In this document: positions 18,027-25,335 of the stretch, piece by piece | Layout: every line of letters starts with the position of its first letter | Numbering within the stretch: position 1 is the first letter of the stretch | DNA from: Polyangiales bacterium | GTDB taxonomy: Bacteria; Myxococcota_A; Polyangia; Polyangiales; Houyiibacteriaceae | Assembly: GCA_045106895.1 (NCBI GenBank) | Contig: JBGCFM010000046.1 | Coordinates: forward strand, 68,448 to 132,447 | Length of the DNA: 64,000 nucleotides | Direction of reading: 5' to 3' | The notes under the pieces: generated by a model | Database searches by the model: none | Told to the model about the DNA's origin: nothing | What the model saw: only the letters and a program-made list of their open reading frames with translations | Translations under genes and position numbers: made by a program

Positions 18027-19325
18027 ATGCCCCGGCGCCTCCCTCTCTTTGTTCTACTCCTGGCGTGCGGCGCCGAGGCCGCAGCTCCTGCGCCGGTCAC
18101 CCGGCCAAATGAAGTCCAGCCCTTGGTCGAAACCTCGCCCACGGCGGTCGAGGCAGCGCCTCCGCCGCGGCTGCTGCCGACGGATCTGAACGGATCGAGC
18201 CAAGAGCTTGAGGCGGAGTTCGCCACCGGGAGCAACGCGCTCTCCTTTAGTCTCTTCGCGCATAGCCCGCGGGGCAACGTGGTGCTCGGAGGAGGCAGCG
18301 TCGCCATGGCCCTCGCCATGACCTGGGCGGGGGCTCGTGGCACGACGGCGGCGGAACTGGCTGCATGCGCTGGGTTTGGCCCCAACACACACGCCGCTGT
18401 CGCCGGTTTGCTGCAGGCGTACAACGAACCTTCGTCGCCGCTCTTCCTCGCCAATCGCCTTTACATGGAAGAGACGTACAACTTTGAAGCGGAGTTCGGC
18501 GAACTGATGCGCGCCCGCTATGCCGCGCCTTTCGAGCCCGTCGACTTTCGCGGCGCGTCCGGGGCTGCGCGCACCACCATCAACGATTGGGTTGCGAGCC
18601 AGACCCGTGGACAGATTCGAGACCTACTCGCTCCACCGGCAGTGAGCGAAGCCACGCGCCTTGTCCTCGTGAACGCTACCTACTTCTTGGGCAGGTGGGC
18701 GACGCCCTTCGACGCACGCCTCACCGCGGAACGAAGCTTCAGTGTGGCTGAAGGCAGTGAGACCGACGTGCCGATGATGATTCAGAACGCCGAGTTGGGA
18801 CACGCCGAGATCGACGGCGTGCAGCTGGTGGAGCTTCCCTACGAGGGCGGGCGCTTCTCGATGGTCATCGTCGTTCCGAAGGCCCGCTTCGGTCTTCATG
18901 ACGTGGAGATGCGCCTGTCCCCAGCCCAGTGGACGCGGTGGGTCGGCGCGCTCTCCTCAGGCCCGACGAGCTTGACGCTGCCGCGCTTCGAGGTGAGGCT
19001 CGCGCCCTCGATCTCGCTGGTCGACACGCTCCAAGAGCTCGGCGTCGAGTCTGCTTTCGATGAGCGCGCCGCCGACTTTCAGGGGATGGCGCAGCGCCTA
19101 CCGAGCGGCGCTGGCCTCTTCGTCTCCGATGTACTTCACCAAGCGTTTGTTCGCGTGGATGAAGCGGGCACGGAAGCGGCGGCTGCCACCGCCGTGGTGA
19201 TGGGGGACGGAGCTGCAGCCCCGGCGCCGCCCTTTGTGGTTCGAGCGGACCAGCCTTTTCTATTCTTCGTTCGCGATATCCGGAGTGGCCTCATCCTCTT
19301 CACCGGGCGTGTCGTCGCCCCCTGA
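18027..19325 (+). CDS. Serpin-family protease inhibitor, lipoprotein
   Basis: LLAC-G; INDWVASQTRGQI, LVLVNATYFLGRW, VPMM, LPRF, hinge VDEAGTEAAAATA, ADQPFLFFVRD, ILFTGRV. Confidence 0.95.
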   Translation: MPRRLPLFVLLLACGAEAAAPAPVTRPNEVQPLVETSPTAVEAAPPPRLLPTDLNGSSQELEAEFATGSNALSFSLFAHSPRGNVVLGGGSVAMALAMTWAGARGTTAAELAACAGFGPNTHAAVAGLLQAYNEPSSPLFLANRLYMEETYNFEAEFGELMRARYAAPFEPVDFRGASGAARTTINDWVASQTRGQIRDLLAPPAVSEATRLVLVNATYFLGRWATPFDARLTAERSFSVAEGSETDVPMMIQNAELGHAEIDGVQLVELPYEGGRFSMVIVVPKARFGLHDVEMRLSPAQWTRWVGALSSGPTSLTLPRFEVRLAPSISLVDTLQELGVESAFDERAADFQGMAQRLPSGAGLFVSDVLHQAFVRVDEAGTEAAAATAVVMGDGAAAPAPPFVVRADQPFLFFVRDIRSGLILFTGRVVAP

Positions 19326-19811
19326 AAGGAGCTCGGCGACCTCGGAGAAGCGCTCATTCGGAATCGTGAGCGCCAAGTTGTAGTGCACGACGTGCCAACG
19401 TCCGTCCGCATTCCGGCGGAGGACGCCGCTTCCGCGGGCTGGGCCGAGGGCGTTCGTCGCGAGGTCCTCATCGAACCAGGCGAGGGAGCCGGTCGCGTCG
19501 AACATGATCTCGCGCCGAGTCGCGCGGAAGGCCCAGGCCCGGCCTTGGGCAAAGAACGGGTGGGCGTACGCCTGAAACTCGGCCTTCGTCCAACGCTCCG
19601 TGGCGTCCGTGCCCATGAAGATGGAATCGTCGCTGTAGCAGGCGAAGTACGTCTCCTCATCCGCGTCCGCGGCGGCCTGGTGCATTCGGTCGAGGACACT
19701 CGCAACGGCGGCGGGCTCTGGTTCGAGCGTTGGCGAGACGGGGTAGTTTGGCGACGCCTCAGGTGTGGTCGCGCAGGCAACGAGGGCGAGCAAGGAGAGG
19801 ATTCGCGGCAT
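19260..19811 (-). CDS. NTF2/SnoaL-like domain lipoprotein
   Basis: LVAC; LDRMHQAAA, FMGTDATERW, AWFDEDL, RGSGVL, HYNLALTIPN. Confidence 0.85.
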   Translation of the reverse strand: MPRILSLLALVACATTPEASPNYPVSPTLEPEPAAVASVLDRMHQAAADADEETYFACYSDDSIFMGTDATERWTKAEFQAYAHPFFAQGRAWAFRATRREIMFDATGSLAWFDEDLATNALGPARGSGVLRRNADGRWHVVHYNLALTIPNERFSEVAELLSGGDDTPGEEDEATPDIANEE

Positions 19812-19847
19812 GCGGCGACGGTATCAGACTCGCCCAAGCATCGCGCT

Positions 19848-21251
19848 CTACAACGCCCCGCCTGCGCTTTGCAGTCGCGCTTCTCGTTCTTTGAGCAGGG
19901 CCCAGGCGACGGCGAGCCAGACCAAGGCGAGGACGGCACTGACGGCGGCGAAGGTCCTCAGGCCGAGCTCCGCATAGCCGATGAGACCCGCCACAAGGAT
20001 GGCGCTGCCGACGTCGCCCATGCGGATGAAGAAAGTATCGACGGCCTGCTTCGCGCGATACTTCATGTCCTTGGTAGTGGGCAGCCAGAGCATATTTCGA
20101 AGCGTGTTGTTCAGCGAGTAGTCGAGGGAGTTTTCGACGGTTTTGCCGATGCGTAAGATCACCAACGCAGGAATCACGGACATCATGGTGGCGTCGAGGA
20201 AGGCGATGACCGGCAGGATGAGAAACGCGACGCGAAAGCCAAAGGACTTCACGAGGCGAGAGACCACGAAGAGTTGTAGCAGGGCGCCGGCGATGTTTAC
20301 GTAGAGGTAGAACTCACTGAACTGAGCCGAGATGAAGTCGGCCAGTCCCATGCCGGCGGGTAGCTCGCCGCGTTCGGCGGTGTCTTCGGCGAAGGCTTTG
20401 ATGTACTTGCCAAGAAGGTACTCGCCGTTGCTGTTCACGATGGTGAAGACTAACGAGAACACGGCGATAAGGGTCAGGTAGCGGTGGCGAAAAACCAGTG
20501 CGAAGGCTCCGTCTCTCGAGGGGGGCTCGACCTTTGCGCTCTCTTGTGCGTCTTGTGGGAGGGTGGCATCGACTGAGCCTTCTGATTCCTCGGCGAGCGT
20601 TCGTGCTTCTTCTCGCTTGTGCACGACTTGAACAACTCCCGCGACGCCGAGGAGAAAAAGCGCCGAAAGGAGCAACATGAAATACACGCCCACGGATTCG
20701 GCAAAGCCGACGCCGGCGAGGGAGCCCACGGCGGAGCCAAAGGATGCGCCAACGCCGACGAGGGGGAAGAGTCTTCTCCCTTGCTCTTCCGTGTAGAGGT
20801 CGGCGGCAAAGGCCCAGGCCTGAGCGACGACCATCATGTTGAAGATGCCCACCCATACCGTGAAGACGAGGCCGATCCACTCGCGCGCGGCAGGAACGAG
20901 GCTGAGCCCGTAGAAAAGGACGAGGTTGGAGGCGAAGAAGAGCGTGACGCCTACGACAAGCCTATTCCGCGGAACCTTCTGAGCGAAACGGCTGTAGGCC
21001 GGGACGGCGAAGAGGAGGGCGATGGCGATGACGCCGCCCATGTAACTCTTGTACTCCGGTCCCGATGGCATCGCGACGATGAGGGCGTCGCGGACGGGCT
21101 TGATGAGGTAGTAGGCGAGGAGCAGCAGGAAGACGTTGAGGCAGAGCAGCAGAGCGGTGATGCCTTCGCCGGCGCGGACCTCTGTGACGAGTCCCAGGGC
21201 GCGTTCCAGCGTTGAGCGCTCATCGGCGCCGTGCTGCTGTGCGGAGCTCAT
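19848..21251 (-). CDS. TLC/Npt1-Npt2-family nucleotide translocase-like MFS transporter
   Basis: EVRAGEG, FLLLLAYYLIKPVRDALI, WVGIFNMMVVAQAWAFAADLY.EEQGRRLFPL, ENSLDYSLNNT...LWLPT...KYRAKQAVDTFFIRMGD. Confidence 0.85.
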   Translation of the reverse strand: MSSAQQHGADERSTLERALGLVTEVRAGEGITALLLCLNVFLLLLAYYLIKPVRDALIVAMPSGPEYKSYMGGVIAIALLFAVPAYSRFAQKVPRNRLVVGVTLFFASNLVLFYGLSLVPAAREWIGLVFTVWVGIFNMMVVAQAWAFAADLYTEEQGRRLFPLVGVGASFGSAVGSLAGVGFAESVGVYFMLLLSALFLLGVAGVVQVVHKREEARTLAEESEGSVDATLPQDAQESAKVEPPSRDGAFALVFRHRYLTLIAVFSLVFTIVNSNGEYLLGKYIKAFAEDTAERGELPAGMGLADFISAQFSEFYLYVNIAGALLQLFVVSRLVKSFGFRVAFLILPVIAFLDATMMSVIPALVILRIGKTVENSLDYSLNNTLRNMLWLPTTKDMKYRAKQAVDTFFIRMGDVGSAILVAGLIGYAELGLRTFAAVSAVLALVWLAVAWALLKEREARLQSAGGAL

Positions 21252-22954
21252 GGCGCTCTTCGTGAGTCCGGGCGCTCAAGGCCCACAATCTGATGCACGC
21301 CGTCCGGCCGTCGGTATAGATGAACTCGGGCTGGCATCGACTGTGTATCGTGCGTGCTCGTAAGGCCTGCCACGTCCACGATCGCGTAACGCGCTTCGCC
21401 GTCGCTGACGTCGAGGGCGGGGAAGGTCGTGCAGACCGTGGCAGGGAGCCGGCGCGTCATCGTGCCGGGGCCGTGTGCGATGAGGTTCTCGTCTTCAAGG
21501 CTCCAGCTCTGCGAATAGTACGGGCGGCTTTCGGAAGCCTGGAGACCGGCCTGCACGGCGAGGTCATCCAAGCAAACGCGGGCGCCGTCTTCACGCTCCT
21601 CGATGCGTGGTCTCGTCAGCGGGGAGAGCTTCTGGAAGTAGCGGCTTAGGATCAGCTGCCGTCGCTGCATCAGGATTCGATACAGGTTCTCAGAGGTCTC
21701 CGGGGCGGCGAAGTGAGCTTGCCGGATGATGGCGGCAATATCGCTTGGCCGCAGTTCGGCGATGATGCGCGCCATCCACGCCTTGTCGCGTTCACTGGCA
21801 CGATCGAAGGCGGGGTTGGCGTATCCGGGGCGCCAGGAGTCCGGGTCGAATCTGTACGAGTCGAAGTACCCGAACGTTGGGCTCACGTCGTCGGTCCGAA
21901 CCTGATTCCACGGTCGCGGGATGAGGCCGAGGGTGAGAAAGTCCTGAAAGACGTGTCCAGCATCGAAGTAAGCCGAGTGCCCAAGGCGTCGTGTAATCCC
22001 CTCGATGGGCCAGATGCTCCCGAGGGTGTCGCCGAAGTCGATGTAGAAATGTTCGACGTATCCGTTCACTCCGTCTTCGTCATGCCAGATCGCGAGTGTG
22101 TTCTGTTCTCGGGAGTCGAAGTGGTTGAGCCAGGCCGCCAGAACGTAGCCGCCTCGCAGTTCACGTCGCTCTTCGTGCGGAACGACGTCATTGGGGTCGT
22201 CGCTCTGTGTGCCTTCGTAGCGCCACGGGCCGATGGGGCGCCCGGGGAGAAACTGACTCGAGGTGGCACGCAGTCGACCGTCTTCGAGACGCAGCGCATT
22301 TTCAAACACCGGCGCGATGTGGCCATCGTTGAGCGGAACGTCAGCGCCATCGATTTCGATGGTCGTATCCTCGCCGATGGTCAGCACGGACTCATCGAAG
22401 AACACGACGCGGTTGCACGGAGCGTTGTAGCCCGCCGCCCAGTACAGAATACTTCCGATGACGTCCGCCGACGTCGCACGTTCCGGCTGCTCCGTGACGG
22501 TGTCGAATTTCAGGAGGTAGTTACGTCCCTCGGCGTCTTCGATGATGAAGCCAGGGTTCGCTCCGTTCGGCTTGGCGGCGCTAATGGTCCAAGGTCCTGC
22601 AGGGTCGATGGGGGCGTCGCTGCATGCGGCCCGCAGAATCTCTGCCTCCGTGAGCGTGCGTCGACCCAGGCGGTTTTGGAACCAGCTTGAGTCCGGAACT
22701 TCGTCCATTGCGTTCACGTTGATGGCCTCGCCCGGGGGATCGACGGCAAAGAAGTCTGCGACGGGCCGAAACACCATCTGGTCGGCCCCGTCCCAGGCGA
22801 ACCCGGAGAAGTAGTCCGCAGGCCTTGGACTGAAAGGACGCCGATCCCCATCGACGCGCATCGGCTCGGCGAGGGGAAAAGGGCGCAGCGAATGGGCGCA
22901 ACTTGCCAACACGAGGGCAAGAAGGAAGGAGCGAATCAGGGCTCTAGAATTCAC
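21248..22954 (-). CDS. Lipoprotein with an atypical protein-kinase-like fold (HipA/PI3K/CotH-like motifs)
   Basis: GTG 22954 start, LLALVLASC lipobox; KPNGANPGF, NYLLKFD, ERATSAD, WLNHFDSREQN, YIDFG. Confidence 0.72.
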   Translation of the reverse strand: MNSRALIRSFLLALVLASCAHSLRPFPLAEPMRVDGDRRPFSPRPADYFSGFAWDGADQMVFRPVADFFAVDPPGEAINVNAMDEVPDSSWFQNRLGRRTLTEAEILRAACSDAPIDPAGPWTISAAKPNGANPGFIIEDAEGRNYLLKFDTVTEQPERATSADVIGSILYWAAGYNAPCNRVVFFDESVLTIGEDTTIEIDGADVPLNDGHIAPVFENALRLEDGRLRATSSQFLPGRPIGPWRYEGTQSDDPNDVVPHEERRELRGGYVLAAWLNHFDSREQNTLAIWHDEDGVNGYVEHFYIDFGDTLGSIWPIEGITRRLGHSAYFDAGHVFQDFLTLGLIPRPWNQVRTDDVSPTFGYFDSYRFDPDSWRPGYANPAFDRASERDKAWMARIIAELRPSDIAAIIRQAHFAAPETSENLYRILMQRRQLILSRYFQKLSPLTRPRIEEREDGARVCLDDLAVQAGLQASESRPYYSQSWSLEDENLIAHGPGTMTRRLPATVCTTFPALDVSDGEARYAIVDVAGLTSTHDTQSMPARVHLYRRPDGVHQIVGLERPDSRRAP

Positions 22955-24344
22955 GGCGGGCTCCAATGACGAGTCGGACGGAGTCGACGGTGGCGCCGGC
23001 TTCAAAGGTGTCTGTGCCAAAACCAACAAGAAACTCGAAGAAGTGGTCACGCTTGGATACAGCGGCGATACCGATGGCGGTGCTCAGCCGAAACTTGGAG
23101 AACGCGAACCCGTTGAAGCGCTCGTCGAAGACGTTGCCGACGGCGACATGCGCGACCCCATCGAGGTAGATCCAGATAGGCCAGCTGTAGCTCAAGGTGG
23201 CGCTGAGCGCGCTTGGTCCCGTCAAGAATGCGCCGAGGAAGCCGCTCATCGGACCGTTCCCGCTGATCACCGGCAGCTCCGTGAAAGGCACTTCGCCGCG
23301 GACGGCGTTCGCGAGGCGCATGTTGAGCGCGAGGGAGACGATGTGGTTGACCCCAGATACATCCCAGAAGCCTACGACAGACAGTCCGTAGTTGACCCAC
23401 ATGGATTCAGCGGGGTCACGGAGGCTATAAGCGAAAGCGAAGTCCGCCGACGCCTGCACGCCCGTCGAGTTTGCGGGACGCTCGCGACGTGAGTCGAGAA
23501 CGAGCTCGGCGCCGCTCAGGTGAATGGTGTATCCGTCGAGATAGCCGGCAGGCAGCGACTCCATCTCTTGCAGCACTTGCTCGGGGACGGTGGGCCCGTC
23601 GCTGACGTCTTCACCGAAGGAGCGAAAGCGGAGGTCCGTGTGGAGCCGCACTCGCCCCGCGGGACCGATTTTTCGCTCGACGTAGACCTGAGTGTCGCTC
23701 GCGAGCATGCTGTACTGACTGTCGAGGCTCCGGCGTACACGGGTTCCGGTCCCGAAATAGCGGCCGTCCGGGCGCTGAAAAAAGCGTGCCCGCACGGCGA
23801 ACTCCCAGCGTGCGTCGTCCCAGGTGAAGCGGTCTGTGATGGACGCAAGGTTCCAGCCGATGCCACCGAACGCATAGTTGATGCGAAGCTCGTTATTCGG
23901 AGTGAACGCATCCTCGACGCCAAAGTAGACGCCGACGTTTGGGCGAAACCCCAGGTCAAAGGTTGCCGAGGGTGAAAGGAAGTAGCGGTTGCGCGGGCCG
24001 AAGGTGAAGAAGCGCAGCACTTTGCCAGCGATCTCTTGCTCCTCCACGCTCGTGACCACGAGTCCGAGGGGACGTCGAACAACGAACTCGGCGATGAAGT
24101 AGAGGGGGGCAAGGAGAATGCGCGGGACCCATAGGAGCGAGGTGCCAGCGCTTGCTGGAGCCTCGTCACGTCCGTCGTAGTTGGGCAGCGAACGCGGCTC
24201 CAGAGTGATGGCTTTGGGGGCCTCGGCGTCCGCGGCGGGCGCGTCACTCGGCACCGCCGCTTCGCTCTGCGCGTGCACCGCCGCCGGCCACACCGTGGCC
24301 CACAACGCGAACACGCCGACGATTGAACTCCCGCGCCCCCTCAT
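22944..24344 (-). CDS. Omp85 (BamA/TamA-like) outer-membrane beta-barrel protein
   Basis: Sec signal ending VHA-Q; alternating aromatic beta-strands, LVLDSR, VPFTELP..SGNGPMSGF lid-loop-like segment, C-terminal Phe (GARREF). Confidence 0.72.
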   Translation of the reverse strand: MRGRGSSIVGVFALWATVWPAAVHAQSEAAVPSDAPAADAEAPKAITLEPRSLPNYDGRDEAPASAGTSLLWVPRILLAPLYFIAEFVVRRPLGLVVTSVEEQEIAGKVLRFFTFGPRNRYFLSPSATFDLGFRPNVGVYFGVEDAFTPNNELRINYAFGGIGWNLASITDRFTWDDARWEFAVRARFFQRPDGRYFGTGTRVRRSLDSQYSMLASDTQVYVERKIGPAGRVRLHTDLRFRSFGEDVSDGPTVPEQVLQEMESLPAGYLDGYTIHLSGAELVLDSRRERPANSTGVQASADFAFAYSLRDPAESMWVNYGLSVVGFWDVSGVNHIVSLALNMRLANAVRGEVPFTELPVISGNGPMSGFLGAFLTGPSALSATLSYSWPIWIYLDGVAHVAVGNVFDERFNGFAFSKFRLSTAIGIAAVSKRDHFFEFLVGFGTDTFEAGATVDSVRLVIGARREF

Positions 24345-24399
24345 CGCGCGCTTGTAGCCCAAGCTTCGCGTAGACGCTTGTGCCCTGAGCGTCTGCATC

Positions 24400-25335
24400 C
24401 TATTTCTTGGACTCTGGCCCGGGTGTCGTGGAGCTGAGCATGATGGCGAGGAGACCCGTCGCCACGGTTCGAATCATCTCCAGCGCAAGTTCCGTGTGGT
24501 CCTCGCACACGTCGAGGAGAACTTCCGAAGAGAGGCGAAGGCCAACGAGCGGGGTCTCCGCGGTAGCGGTGTACCAGCGGGGGCGACCACTGAAGGGCCC
24601 GAGGAAACCGACCACGTCGCCTGGCCCAAAGCGAGCTTCGACACCGCTGAGCGCCTGCGTGCGAACGGCGCCCCAAGCGATGACGACGAAGGACTCGGCG
24701 TGTTCGCCCTCCCGCCAAAGAACATCGCCCGCCTCAAGACGGACTTCGTCGCATTGACGAGCCAAGTCAGCGAGCGCTTCAAGACGCGACCCCGCGAACT
24801 GCATCCCGCTGCGGAGAAACGCCAGTCGTTCGATGAGGTTCATGCGAGGAGGCGGCGCTCCGTCCGGCTTCCACGTCGTCAGCTCGTACCCGCCTTCTGC
24901 TCCGATGGACTGGCGCAGGTCGAGCACCTGTCCACTCATCGCGGAAAGAACGGCGCGAATGATCTGAAAGTGTTCCTCGAAGATGTCCGTTAGGTGCTCT
25001 GTGTTCAGCACGATGAGCGTCGTGTCCTCCACAGCGACGCAGTCGTAGGGGTGGCGGGTGTTCCCGAGGGCGGCGAGGCCGCCGACGGCGTTGCCAGCCA
25101 CGAAGTCGCGGACGACTTGGCCCTTCCTGCGAGTCTCCAGGCGTCCACCTGTGATGAAGAACACCTGCGTTGGGATTTCGCCTTCTCGAAAGAGGTACTC
25201 GCCAGCCTTCGCCACGCGATCCCGGGCCGCGCTGGCGAGGCCGTCAACGTCGTCCAAGGGAAGCAGCGCGTAGCCGGGAAAACTACGTAGCGCGATGACA
25301 CGGTCGATAGCGCTTGAGCCGTGGAGATCACGCAT
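24400..25335 (-). CDS. Tandem cyclic-nucleotide-binding-domain protein
   Basis: AGEYLFREGE...VFFITGG...VGGLAALG..RHPYDCVAVED and AGDVLWREGE...VVIAWG...VGFLG..SGRPRWYTATAET; start overlaps the upstream stop. Confidence 0.85.
   Translation of the reverse strand: MRDLHGSSAIDRVIALRSFPGYALLPLDDVDGLASAARDRVAKAGEYLFREGEIPTQVFFITGGRLETRRKGQVVRDFVAGNAVGGLAALGNTRHPYDCVAVEDTTLIVLNTEHLTDIFEEHFQIIRAVLSAMSGQVLDLRQSIGAEGGYELTTWKPDGAPPPRMNLIERLAFLRSGMQFAGSRLEALADLARQCDEVRLEAGDVLWREGEHAESFVVIAWGAVRTQALSGVEARFGPGDVVGFLGPFSGRPRWYTATAETPLVGLRLSSEVLLDVCEDHTELALEMIRTVATGLLAIMLSSTTPGPESKK

Noticed and set aside
19260..19811. NTF2 lipoprotein as a sixth member of the translocase-kinase cluster
   Set aside because: It is co-oriented but has its own extended -10 leaderless-type promoter (TGaTACCGT). 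Membership cannot be supported without synteny data.
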